Origin: Turneriella sp.
GTDB lineage: Bacteria > Spirochaetota > Leptospiria > Turneriellales > Turneriellaceae
Direction: 5' to 3'
DNA: 64,000 bases
NCBI GenBank assembly: GCA_965279515.1
Contig: CBDIID010000003.1
Span: forward strand, 3,200,001-3,264,000
Positions 50,914 to 60,472 of this stretch are shown here, in pieces. The position numbers were made by a program, and so were the translations under genes. Numbering within the stretch: the first letter of the stretch is position 1; every line of letters begins with the position of its first letter. Below the pieces are notes generated by a model that ran no database searches, was not told the origin of the DNA, and saw only the letters and a program-made list of their open reading frames with translations.

Positions 50914-51249
50914 TCAGGTCGGCGGTGGTGGCGGCTTTTTAGCCGGTGGTCCTGGAACCATGGATTTCGAACTCGGCATGATTTTCTTTTCCTTGTCGTT
51001 TTCGGTTGCCTCAGGTTTTTTTTCCGGTTCTTGTTTGGGTGACTGCTTTTCGTCTACCTTGCTCGTGGGTTTTTTCTTGATTGCCGTTGGACTTTCTTTG
51101 TCATCGGGCCAAGGCGTCGGCGTGCCCGATTTGCTCGACTCGAATACGGGTTTTACTTTTTGCCCTTTTTCGGCCTTATTTTGCGCGTAGATGACCGCCC
51201 CGACGAGGGCGCCTGCGGCGAGAAGCAGAGTCAGTATTTTTGCCAGCAT
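50914..51249 (-). CDS. Hypothetical membrane-anchored Lys/Pro-rich protein
   Basis: N-terminal hydrophobic helix, low-complexity body, repeated SSKS motif; 2 nt upstream of the desaturase start. Confidence 0.6.
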   Translation of the reverse strand: MLAKILTLLLAAGALVGAVIYAQNKAEKGQKVKPVFESSKSGTPTPWPDDKESPTAIKKKPTSKVDEKQSPKQEPEKKPEATENDKEKKIMPSSKSMVPGPPAKKPPPPPT

Positions 51250-51328
51250 GGTGTCATATCCACCGGCTATGCCCGGCCGAAAAGTAAACTTTGAAACCGG
51301 GGTAGACAAACACCCCGGCTGCAATCGA

Positions 51329-52711
51329 TTAACTCGTAGGGCCTGTATCCACCGCAGCCTCGATGGTATTTTGCACCGTGGGATTTACCTCGGATAAGAG
51401 GTCGTAACCCGTAGCAGCTTCAATGGAATTCACGGTGACGCGGTACGTCCCCCAGTTCACAGAGCGGATGCCCTGCGTATTCGGCATGTTGACCGCGATG
51501 ATCCGCGTTGAGGTGGTGACGCGCGTCGCGTCGTTGGAGCCTGTGGGCAACACGACGATGACTTTCCATGTACGGTTCGGTACTTTGACACGGCCGCTGT
51601 CGATCGTGGTCTTTGCGCCGTTGGAGCCTGTGCCGCCGCTACCGTAGCTGCCTGCGTAAATGTAAAGTTCATAACCCGCGTCGACGAGCGAGCGCTCATA
51701 ATCTTCGAGCCGCGCCCATGGTCCCTGGTTGTTGTCGGGTGCCTGCGGCATCATGTTTGTCATCAGAAACGTCGACGAGTTCACGGCGACGGAGCTGGTG
51801 CGGTCGGCCGACGGACAATAATGCCCGCGGTCAAATCCGCTCGAGGAAAAACTGCTGCCGCCCACCTGGTACCAGCCCGAAGGCAAAGTGGTATCAGCAC
51901 GGAAGTCGTCCTGCCGTGCGGCCGAACCGATCCACGAAGGGTCTAGGTGCCATGCTACCCAGTTCGCCTTGCCTTCGTCGCGGCTGTAAGACATCGCGTA
52001 CTGTGATTTTACCATCAGGTAATTTGAATACGAGCCTGTGCTGGTGACAGCGCCGCTGGGATTTCCCATCGTGATATGTTCACTGAGGCCCGTGTCTGAG
52101 CCAACATACGAGGTGACCGCGATGTCATCGAGGTTCAGCCGTGCCGTGCCGCCTGAAATCTTGCGGATCTCGAAGCGGATTGTGCCGCCCTGGTTGACCG
52201 TGAAAGTCGCGGTTGCAAGCGTCGTCGAACTCGTTGTGACAGTGCCGCCGACCTTGGTCCATGAACTTCCGGAATTGGAGGATTTCCAGAGTTCCCAGCT
52301 ACTCGCCGCATCAGTGCCATAGACACCGTGCTTCACAGTCACGGTGCCGGCGCCCGTTGTCAGATTGAAAAGCATCGTGAGCTTTCCCACCTGTTGCAGG
52401 CGCACAGCTTTTGTGCCCGCTTTACGGTCGTTCGTCGCTGTGCCGATGAGGGCATCGTCAAGCGTCCATGATCCGGTTTCGAGTGCGACAGAAGCTGCCG
52501 CGTAGCTTGTTTTCGAACCGTTTTCAAACGGTTCTGTTGTTGTGGTAACTCCACCCGAAGTCGTTACCAAATTTGCGGGATTGTTTAATCCCAGATTCAC
52601 ATCGGGGGCTTCCTGGGTGATGGAGCCACCGGCGCACGAGCTGACCAAGATTGCCGTGAGGAAAATCTTAGTCAAGGGTCTGGCCGTGCGAACCAGAGCG
52701 ATAAGCGTCAT
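51329..52711 (-). CDS. DNA/RNA non-specific endonuclease, lipoprotein with N-terminal beta-sandwich
   Basis: Lipobox VSSC; NWVAWHL, FDRGHYCPSADR, TNMMPQ..NNQGPW..LE. Confidence 0.92.
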   Translation of the reverse strand: MTLIALVRTARPLTKIFLTAILVSSCAGGSITQEAPDVNLGLNNPANLVTTSGGVTTTTEPFENGSKTSYAAASVALETGSWTLDDALIGTATNDRKAGTKAVRLQQVGKLTMLFNLTTGAGTVTVKHGVYGTDAASSWELWKSSNSGSSWTKVGGTVTTSSTTLATATFTVNQGGTIRFEIRKISGGTARLNLDDIAVTSYVGSDTGLSEHITMGNPSGAVTSTGSYSNYLMVKSQYAMSYSRDEGKANWVAWHLDPSWIGSAARQDDFRADTTLPSGWYQVGGSSFSSSGFDRGHYCPSADRTSSVAVNSSTFLMTNMMPQAPDNNQGPWARLEDYERSLVDAGYELYIYAGSYGSGGTGSNGAKTTIDSGRVKVPNRTWKVIVVLPTGSNDATRVTTSTRIIAVNMPNTQGIRSVNWGTYRVTVNSIEAATGYDLLSEVNPTVQNTIEAAVDTGPTS

Positions 52712-52883
52712 AAAAAACTACCTTTTAGGTATTGGGGGAGGTAAGCAAAAGGTGCGCCAAAAAGTAAATTACTTATTTATTTAGCATAATGACGAATTAT
52801 AAGAGTGTGGGATTGCTCCTGAATACATGGCATTCATTCCTGTTTCAGATCGTATGCGTTGCAGCAGCGTCTAATACAGACCT

Positions 52884-54227
52884 ATGAAATTTACCCATCA
52901 AAACATCTTGGCTCTCACGAGTATCATTCTCTTCACGTCCTGCCAGGGCTTTGGCCGCTTTTGGGAGGTCGGCCCTTATGGACCTTCGATTACTGCCCTC
53001 AACCCGGCGTCGGGCGCTGTGGGCGATAGCGTCGAAATTCTCGGCGAAAGGTTTGGCAGCAACCCCGCCGAGCTCAGGGTGAAATTCGGCACAAAGGATG
53101 CGGTCATTTCCGCAGCGAGCGATGCAAAAATTACCGTGGGCGTGCCGGCAGGTGCGGTCACCGGAACTGTCACCGTGTCGAACGGCAGCGGCACTGCGTT
53201 ATCGCCGGCACCATTTACGGTGGTGAAATATTTTGTCTATGTCGCCAATGGCGGCGCCTCGAGTTTTTCGGGTTATGCGCTTGATATGAGTTCGGGAGCT
53301 TTAACACAGATTGCGGGTTCGCCCTTTGCGCTGACCTCGTCGCCCGAAGGTTTACAACTTCACCCCACGGGAAAATTTATCTATTCTACTCTCTCCGCTT
53401 CAGGCGTCGTTGGGTTTGCTCTCAATGGCTCGGGTTTTCCGACGATGATTGGCGGCCCTAATGCCGCGGGTAACGGACCCGTGAGTGTGATGATCGACCC
53501 GGCAGGCAAAAACCTCTTTGTGGCGAGCACAACTTCAGATACTGTTTCGCCTTTTTCCATTTCCAGCTCGGGTGCCTTGACTGCCAACGGTGCGAATTTG
53601 CCGACGGGCTCAAATCCGGAAAAAGGTGTTATCGATCCCACAGGAAGATTCCTCTACATCGCCAACGATAATGTGGCGAGCAATAACCTGAGCGGCTTTG
53701 CGATCAATGCGACCGCCGGGACCATCACGGGTTTGGGTACGTTCCCTGCCGGCACAAATCCGTGGGCCGCGGCGATCGACCCTTCGGGGTCATATCTCTA
53801 CAGCACCAATTCCGGGAACAATAATCTTTCCGCTTTCACGATAGATAAGAATACGGGGGCTTTATTGGCTGGTACCATTCCCGGCGCCCCTTTTGCCGTC
53901 GGGGGAAATCCGCGCGGTGTTACAGTCTCGCCTTCTGGAAAATATGTCTACGTCACAAACAGCGGCGGCGCTTCGATCTCCGCATTTTCGATGAATGCCG
54001 GTGTGTTAACCCCGATTGCCCTATCACCCTTTGCCGCGGGTACCAATCCGGAGACGATTGTGATTGATCCGAAAGAGAAATATCTCTATGTCTCGAATTC
54101 CGCGAGTGCGAATATCTTTGGTTATGCGATCAATGCGGCAACGGGCGCGCTGACCCCCTTACCCAGTTCTCCCTATGCGACAGCCAATAGCCCCACCGGG
54201 CTCACGCTCGGCGGCGTGCCGCAATAA
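52884..54227 (+). CDS. Lipoprotein: IPT/TIG domain plus lactonase-like 7-bladed beta-propeller
   Basis: FTSC; PSITALNPASG..GDSVEILG; repeats of P....DP.GK(F/Y)LYV.N. Confidence 0.88.
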   Translation: MKFTHQNILALTSIILFTSCQGFGRFWEVGPYGPSITALNPASGAVGDSVEILGERFGSNPAELRVKFGTKDAVISAASDAKITVGVPAGAVTGTVTVSNGSGTALSPAPFTVVKYFVYVANGGASSFSGYALDMSSGALTQIAGSPFALTSSPEGLQLHPTGKFIYSTLSASGVVGFALNGSGFPTMIGGPNAAGNGPVSVMIDPAGKNLFVASTTSDTVSPFSISSSGALTANGANLPTGSNPEKGVIDPTGRFLYIANDNVASNNLSGFAINATAGTITGLGTFPAGTNPWAAAIDPSGSYLYSTNSGNNNLSAFTIDKNTGALLAGTIPGAPFAVGGNPRGVTVSPSGKYVYVTNSGGASISAFSMNAGVLTPIALSPFAAGTNPETIVIDPKEKYLYVSNSASANIFGYAINAATGALTPLPSSPYATANSPTGLTLGGVPQ

Positions 54228-54359
54228 AGCGGCCGAAACCTATTCGCGTCGCTCTGATGCCGTCGGGTTTCTGGTATAAGTAGGATTTCCTACGGAGCAC
54301 GAGTATCTGCCTTCGAAAAATACATTTCAACAGAACCTACACTCGCCGGTCCAGTCGCA

Positions 54360-55409
54360 TCATTCAGAGAGAAATTTTTCGTAGAGGGCGTCGGTGACTT
54401 TGCCGCTCTCAAAACCGTCATAGTTTGAAATTGTGATAATCCACGCTTCGCGTGCCGGGTAGTAGATGACGCTGGAGATATAGCCGCCCCAGCTGCCGTC
54501 ATGCGTGAATGAAATTTCGCCGTCGTCGTCGTATTTTTCAAGCCCGTACGCATAGGCGGGGCCGCCCTTTGCGGTGAGCGGCGTGAAATATTTCTTCATA
54601 TTCTTCGCATCCGTGAGTTTCGCGCGGTGCAGAGCCGAGAACCATTGATGCAGGTCGAAAATATTCGCAATGACGCTGCCGTCGCCGACCATGGTGTCGC
54701 AGCCTGAAAACACATACGGGCCTTCTTTCCAGCTTTCATAATGGCCCACCACAGGCAGGCTTTGATATTTTTGCAACGACGCGGGAGTCAGAATAAACGA
54801 ATCCTTTAAACCTGCGGGAGTGAAAATCCGCCGGGCCATAAAATCTTCAAAGGGCATTCCGCCCACGCGCGCGACGATTTCGGCGAGCAGCCCGTAACCC
54901 GAATTCGAATACTGGTATTTTTTGCCCGGCGCAAACTGTGCCTTTTTTGTGGTCTTGAGAAAGTCGACGAGCGCCTGGTTTGTCATCGGCGCGTCGTTAC
55001 TGCCGCAGATACCCTCGTAGTCCGGCAATCCGCCCTGGTGGTGAATCAGGTGGCGGATGGTAATCGGCGCAGTGTATTTCGGCAGTTCGGGAATATATTT
55101 GCGAATCGAATCCGAGGCGGTAATTTTTCCATCTGCCTCAAGCAGCAGCACGGCCATCGCGGTAAAATGTTTCGAGGCCGAAGCCATGTTGAAACGGTAT
55201 TCGGGCTTCATGGCGATCTTCTTATCGATATGCGCATACCCGGCCGCGCCGGAATAGACGATTTTGCCCTTAATGGCAACGAGCGCCACGATGCCAGGGC
55301 CGTTTTTGGGTACAAAGGAAGCGAGCGGAAAGTCTGCAGCAGAAGCGGAAATGACGGGTGTGATCAGAACTATAGCCGTCAGAAGCGCCGCCGCGAATTG
55401 TGTTGCCAT
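54360..55409 (-). CDS. Serine hydrolase, class C beta-lactamase-like family
   Basis: FNMASASK (SxxK), YSNSGY, HDGSWGG; signal peptide. Confidence 0.9.
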   Translation of the reverse strand: MATQFAAALLTAIVLITPVISASAADFPLASFVPKNGPGIVALVAIKGKIVYSGAAGYAHIDKKIAMKPEYRFNMASASKHFTAMAVLLLEADGKITASDSIRKYIPELPKYTAPITIRHLIHHQGGLPDYEGICGSNDAPMTNQALVDFLKTTKKAQFAPGKKYQYSNSGYGLLAEIVARVGGMPFEDFMARRIFTPAGLKDSFILTPASLQKYQSLPVVGHYESWKEGPYVFSGCDTMVGDGSVIANIFDLHQWFSALHRAKLTDAKNMKKYFTPLTAKGGPAYAYGLEKYDDDGEISFTHDGSWGGYISSVIYYPAREAWIITISNYDGFESGKVTDALYEKFLSE

Positions 55410-55475
55410 GGGGTGGCAGCAGATATCGCTGTGGGCGGGCGTAAATTCGGAATTCAAAAGGAAGTTTATTCAACC

Positions 55476-55928
55476 ATGCAACATTTCCAGAAAAAATCCC
55501 GCATGGCGGCCAGTGCGGCGCGGGTCTTTGCGTTCCATGAAGCGCCGGATGCCTTTGCGCGCCTGCAACCGCCCTGGCAAAAATCACAGGTCATCTTGCC
55601 GCCCGTATCGCTGGCTGTGGGAACGCGGGTTATCCTGCGTACGAAAATCGGTCCTCTGTGGCAGACGATCGAATCAGAACATACGGAGTACGAGCCGGGC
55701 CGCATGTTTGCCGATCGCATGGTGAGGGGACCGTTTCGTTATTGGTTGCACCGGCATATTATCGAACCGGTGGGCGCAAATGAATGCACGTTGGTCGATG
55801 ACATTTCCTATGCGTTGCCCTTAGGTGTATTGGGCGATCTATTCGGCGGTGGCTTCGCCCGACGCGAACTCGAAAGACTTTTTGAGTTCCGGCATGCGGT
55901 GACGCGCGAGATTTGTGAAAAGGATTGA
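55476..55928 (+). CDS. SRPBCC/cyclase-family protein
   Basis: VFAFH...L.PPW, F.D.MVRGPF..W.H.H, D.ISYALPLG, FEFRH. Confidence 0.88.
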   Translation: MQHFQKKSRMAASAARVFAFHEAPDAFARLQPPWQKSQVILPPVSLAVGTRVILRTKIGPLWQTIESEHTEYEPGRMFADRMVRGPFRYWLHRHIIEPVGANECTLVDDISYALPLGVLGDLFGGGFARRELERLFEFRHAVTREICEKD

Positions 55929-55942
55929 GGTTGTGCTTTTAG

Positions 55943-57034
55943 CTACCGCAGCTGATACCCAACGGCGACAGAAAAACTAATTCCGGTAAGATTGGGTGAA
56001 ATGACTTTGCCGCTGTCGCCATTAACGAGCGCCGCAGATCCAGCTTCGACCTTGCGGCTTTCGGCGAAGTAGAAAGGTATGCTGAGCATCAGCAGCACTT
56101 TTCCAAGTTTGTAAGAAATTTCCGGTTTGGCGATTCCTGCGGCGCTCCACGCAGTATAACGCGTTGCTGCGCCGTTCTCTTCGTATTTCACTGAGGTATG
56201 CATGATTCCGGCGCCTAGGCCCAAATTCAGGGAAAAACTTGCGGATAATGGCAGGGTGTAATAAAAAATTAAGAAAGCTGGGACAAAATAACCACTGAGA
56301 TTCAGGGTTACCGTATTCGTATGGTTGGGTGAGCTGACGAAACCCGTGATTTTCTGGAATCCGGCATAACCGATATTCAGACCGACCGCAAATTTATTAT
56401 ATGCCAAGCGTGGTTCCGCAAATACCTGATACTGTAGTTTTGCGGCATCCTGAGTGAGTTGGCCGGAAAAGCTGTTTGTGCTGTTTGTTTGATTCTGTGA
56501 TTTTGCAATGAAAGCGGAAAGTCCGTTCACATATTCGCCGGAGTCTGAGTTCTGGGCCAGATGTAATACGCTACCACCGGTTATGAAAAAATTGAAGGAA
56601 GTTTTTTTTTCTACCGGAGGAGGTTCTTTGGGTTTAATTTCTTCCGTTACGATCTTTGTGGGTTCTTTAAGTTCCGTTTTTGCCGGCGTAAAAAAACGGT
56701 ACTCTCCATTTGCGCGGCGCAGAAAGTGGAGATTCTGGAGCGGCATGCGCGTCTCTACCGCCGAGCCGTTTTCTTTGTAGATGATTTCTTTGTCTGTAAC
56801 ACTGATTATCTTACCTTTGATAACAAGGCTGATTTCGTCTTCTGTTATCGGCCCTTCGGCCGGGTTTTTATTCTCCGAAACCGACGCCGGTCTGTCGTTG
56901 CTGTTTTGACTGCGTTCTTTATCCGGTATCGTCTGCGCGTTGAGATGATTGGCGTTAAAAATTTGGACCGCAATTAAAGACGGTAGACTAAGGAAGAGAA
57001 AAGCGAAGTTTTTTCTTCGCGTAAACCAACGCAT
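55943..57034 (-). CDS. Outer-membrane beta-barrel protein with small N-terminal domain
   Basis: Signal peptide; amphipathic beta-strands (LNLGLGAG); C-terminal FSVAVGYQLR. Confidence 0.75.
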   Translation of the reverse strand: MRWFTRRKNFAFLFLSLPSLIAVQIFNANHLNAQTIPDKERSQNSNDRPASVSENKNPAEGPITEDEISLVIKGKIISVTDKEIIYKENGSAVETRMPLQNLHFLRRANGEYRFFTPAKTELKEPTKIVTEEIKPKEPPPVEKKTSFNFFITGGSVLHLAQNSDSGEYVNGLSAFIAKSQNQTNSTNSFSGQLTQDAAKLQYQVFAEPRLAYNKFAVGLNIGYAGFQKITGFVSSPNHTNTVTLNLSGYFVPAFLIFYYTLPLSASFSLNLGLGAGIMHTSVKYEENGAATRYTAWSAAGIAKPEISYKLGKVLLMLSIPFYFAESRKVEAGSAALVNGDSGKVISPNLTGISFSVAVGYQLR

Positions 57035-57058
57035 TCGTAGAGAAGATATGCAAGTTAC

Positions 57059-58645
57059 TTACTGGTACCGAACTATAACAGCTGTATAACTTGCTCCTCC
57101 TGCAATATTACCCGTAGCCTCTACACCCGGCAGATACGTTATGGGTTCGTTGCCATTTTGATAACCGCAACCGACTAACAAGCCATTATTCGCCGCCACG
57201 ATAGCGCCGAAGTTGGATCCAAAATCGCCCAGGACGGTTGTTTTGGCCCATTGCGCGGTACCGCTTGCGTTATATTTGACGATCAGGGCATTATCGTAGG
57301 GGGTCGTGCTTTGCGCCGTGACACCGGTTCCATAGGTATATGCAGCGTTAGCCGCTTGATATCCGGCAACGTAAATGTCGCCCGAGCTAAGAACTGCAAT
57401 AGTGCGAAAAACCTGCGACATGGTGGCGGTAACAACTGTTTTTGCCCACTGCGGAGTGCCATCCGGTGCATATTTGAGTAATACGGCATTGGCGGCGCCG
57501 GCAGCGGGGCCCGTTGCCGTAACTCCGTTGCCATACGCAAATGCAGAGTTCCCGTTTTGATTTCCGGTTACATAAATATTACCCGCGTTGTCTTTCGCAA
57601 TGCTTGAAAAAGCCGAGGTGGATGCTCCGGAGTTGGCTGAGCGTGCCCACTGGGCATTGCCGGCCAAATCGTATTTTACCAAAACTGCATTAGAACCGGT
57701 CGCTGGCCCTGTCGCGTTAATACCAGTAGCGTAAGAAACAGCGGCGTTACCATTTTGATAACCGACGGCATAAATATTTCCTGAATTATCGACAGCGAGA
57801 TTTTCAAAACTAGACTGGTTCGTGGCACTGGTGATCGTTCGCGCCCACTGAGCAGTGCCATTGGAATCATACTTCACCAAAACGGCGTGAGAGCTTCCCG
57901 CTGACGGTGGAATCGAAACAACCCCGATTCCATACGTATGCGATGAATTCGCCGCTTGATTTCCGGCTGCATAGATATTGCCTGAACTATCGATGGCAAC
58001 TGCTTTGAATGCTCCCGATGCTCCCGTGCTTATGGTTCTCGCCCAAAGTGCGGTACCCGCCCCGCTGTATTTGACGATGACGGGATAACTCGAAGAGCCA
58101 GGACCTGTCGCCGATACGCCTGCACCATAAGTAAAAACACCGCTTTCCTGAAAACCAACAGCATAAATACTGCCGGAAGAATCCGCGGCCACACCGGGAA
58201 AATCCGACCCCATACCGTTCGCGCTACTTGGCACGCGCGCCCATTGTGGCGTGCCGCTTAAATTGTATTTTACAAGGACTGCGTTATAAGAAGCGCCATC
58301 TCCGGAGACAGTGATTCCAGGGCCAAAGGTATAAGGCGTGTTTAGGTCTATTGTGCCCGCGGCAAAAATATTATTGGAGCCGTCTATCGTGGCACCTTTG
58401 AAGAACGAGTCATAATCTCCCGATGCTGTTTTTGCCCATTGCATAGGGGTGATGCCGGTACCATTTCCCGAATGATTTGTATCTGAACAATTTTGCGAAC
58501 TGTAATATTGACACCGCCAAGCTGACGCTGAATCATTTTCCGTGTTACCGTGGACGCATGCCTGGAGCAGCAACCCGGAGGCTACAAAAGCACCGGCAAA
58601 CAGTCGGTTCATTATGGTACGCATATATCTACAGACAAACCCCAT
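57059..58645 (-). CDS. Beta-propeller (SBBP-like repeat) lipoprotein
   Basis: Lipobox LQAC; ~7 repeats of AVLVKY..G..QWAR...F..(V/I)A.D.SGNIYA.G. Start may be 58624 or 58612. Confidence 0.85.
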   Translation of the reverse strand: MGFVCRYMRTIMNRLFAGAFVASGLLLQACVHGNTENDSASAWRCQYYSSQNCSDTNHSGNGTGITPMQWAKTASGDYDSFFKGATIDGSNNIFAAGTIDLNTPYTFGPGITVSGDGASYNAVLVKYNLSGTPQWARVPSSANGMGSDFPGVAADSSGSIYAVGFQESGVFTYGAGVSATGPGSSSYPVIVKYSGAGTALWARTISTGASGAFKAVAIDSSGNIYAAGNQAANSSHTYGIGVVSIPPSAGSSHAVLVKYDSNGTAQWARTITSATNQSSFENLAVDNSGNIYAVGYQNGNAAVSYATGINATGPATGSNAVLVKYDLAGNAQWARSANSGASTSAFSSIAKDNAGNIYVTGNQNGNSAFAYGNGVTATGPAAGAANAVLLKYAPDGTPQWAKTVVTATMSQVFRTIAVLSSGDIYVAGYQAANAAYTYGTGVTAQSTTPYDNALIVKYNASGTAQWAKTTVLGDFGSNFGAIVAANNGLLVGCGYQNGNEPITYLPGVEATGNIAGGASYTAVIVRYQ

Positions 58646-58683
58646 GGCGTTTCATATGCAAAAATACCACGCCTTGCCCGATT

Positions 58684-59769
58684 CTACTCTGCATCGCGTA
58701 CATCCCGCAACAAATGACTCGCAACACGCACCGTGCCCTGTGGCGTGATGATCTGTAGCTGGTTACCACGCATTGTGAAAAAACCAACATACGATTTCCC
58801 ATTGGTCAGGTTTACCCGCGAAATCTTTCCGTATTTCCTGCGGATATCGGCCAAGGTCAATTTAGGTGCTGAGCCCTGATTCTCAGCCAATAAGATTTTT
58901 TCCGCCAGTGCGCTGAGCCCGGTCTGAGCCGTCGTGCGGGTCAAATCGTGAAGAAGGCGCAAAAAACCCAGCTCGCCTGCTGATAGTGCAGCAACAGTGA
59001 GTTGGCTGTCCTTTGGTGATACAAATATTTTCTGGCCGGCTTCGAGTAATGTAGGCTTTCCGGATGTTGGCTGTCCCGGATTCTGTTCCACTGGGCTTAC
59101 CTGTACAATGCCTTCAAGCACAGATACGTGTGTGCCTTGCTCGTCGGTCTGAACGCTAAAACCCGTGCCGATGACTTTAATTTCAGCAGAGGGTGTGATG
59201 ATCTTTAAAAGCGCCTGGCCCTTTGTCACGTCAGAGTAAAAGAGGCCTTTTTCCAGAACGAGTTCGATATCGGATTTTCCGGAAGTTAAAGTACTCTTGA
59301 CTGATCTCACGCGCGAGCCCGGTCCGAGGATCGTTTTAACGGAGTCACCGTGATGGATGACGGCAAGAGATCCTGCGCTTGTGGTCAGAGGCTGATCTTT
59401 AATCGCCGTTCCGGTTTGGAGGACCTGCCCACCGGCCTGTACGTCCCCTTTGCTGAAAACCAAATGTGCTTTCGGGCCGGTGGGTTGCCTGAGTATCAAT
59501 GTCAGGCCGGTCGCAACCATGACCATCGCTGCGATTCCCCCTGCTACCCAGGTCTTCATGCGGGCAGAGGCTTTGCGAGGTTGGATTATCCCCGTTTGAT
59601 TAAATTCTGCGAGAATGCTGTTCTTTTCACGGAGTAGTTTCTCCTTAAGAATTGACGTGCCTTCGACTGAAAGCCCCGAGAGCTCACCGGTCGCGCCTTG
59701 CTTTCTTCTCTCGATTTCAGTCAATCGGACGAGCATACTTTTTCCCGTGTTCTTTTGCTGGCCACTCAT
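58684..59769 (-). CDS. FecR-domain anti-sigma factor
   Basis: Single TM, LEKG, ITPSAEIKVIGTGFSV, VSVLEGIVQV; ATGA-type overlap with the sigma gene. Confidence 0.9.
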   Translation of the reverse strand: MSGQQKNTGKSMLVRLTEIERRKQGATGELSGLSVEGTSILKEKLLREKNSILAEFNQTGIIQPRKASARMKTWVAGGIAAMVMVATGLTLILRQPTGPKAHLVFSKGDVQAGGQVLQTGTAIKDQPLTTSAGSLAVIHHGDSVKTILGPGSRVRSVKSTLTSGKSDIELVLEKGLFYSDVTKGQALLKIITPSAEIKVIGTGFSVQTDEQGTHVSVLEGIVQVSPVEQNPGQPTSGKPTLLEAGQKIFVSPKDSQLTVAALSAGELGFLRLLHDLTRTTAQTGLSALAEKILLAENQGSAPKLTLADIRRKYGKISRVNLTNGKSYVGFFTMRGNQLQIITPQGTVRVASHLLRDVRDAE

Positions 59770-60356
59770 TTTAACAGACCATCCTCCGCGGCGGTTGTAT
59801 GCAAATCTTTTAGTTTGTCCCTGAGAATGTGGATTCCCCTCGTGTACCAGCTATTGACCGATCCCAACGGCTCGTCGAGAATCTCGGCAATTTCGGCGTT
59901 CGAATAATCCAGCAGCTTGAGCTCAACGACGCCCCGGTATTGGCTATCCAGCTGGTGTATAGCCGAGTTGAGCCGCGCCAGGACTTCTTTGCGGTATGCC
60001 TGTTCGTGGAGCGAATCGATTTCCCGGATAATCCGCCAATGGTTTGGATTTTCCCCATCGAAGGTTTCGAGCGCTTTGCTTGCGTTGAATTCCTTTTTCC
60101 GCCAGTTGGAAGAAAAATTGAGAGCAGAGCGCAATAAATAGGCCGTAAAAACCGCTTCGTTTTCCCCGGCGAATTTTGCGAACAGATTCGTTTTCAAAAT
60201 GTGGTAAAAAAACTCCTGCGTGGCATCCTCAACGTCGTTGGGATAAACATTCTTGCGGACATAGGCCTTGATTAGGGCCGAATATTCACCGATAAAAAAG
60301 TCCAATGCCTTCTCATCGAGATTGCGCAAACCCTTGAGTAGATCATGAAAAAGCAT
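59766..60356 (-). CDS. ECF RNA polymerase sigma factor
   Basis: DVEDATQEFF (region 2), YSNAEIAEILDEPLGSVNSWYTRG (region 4). Start may be 60416. Confidence 0.92.
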   Translation of the reverse strand: MLFHDLLKGLRNLDEKALDFFIGEYSALIKAYVRKNVYPNDVEDATQEFFYHILKTNLFAKFAGENEAVFTAYLLRSALNFSSNWRKKEFNASKALETFDGENPNHWRIIREIDSLHEQAYRKEVLARLNSAIHQLDSQYRGVVELKLLDYSNAEIAEILDEPLGSVNSWYTRGIHILRDKLKDLHTTAAEDGLLK

Positions 60357-60472
60357 GCGGGTCCGGTAGGCGAGACCGTGGCGAGTTTTGTTGGCGTAAA
60401 GTAGAATCGCTGTCATTTCGCTTTTCCAAAAATGCTTGTTCCCCTTTCAAAAGACAAATAACCAACCCGTGC

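Noticed and set aside
55038..55475. N-terminal half of the 296-aa ORF
   Set aside because: Antisense to the serine hydrolase; only 55476-55928 matches SRPBCC.
60413..60445. GGGGAAC-N15-AGCGAAA as an autoregulatory copy of the ECF motif
   Set aside because: The -35 matches but the -10 does not match ACGGTYTA; too weak to link this sigma to that motif.
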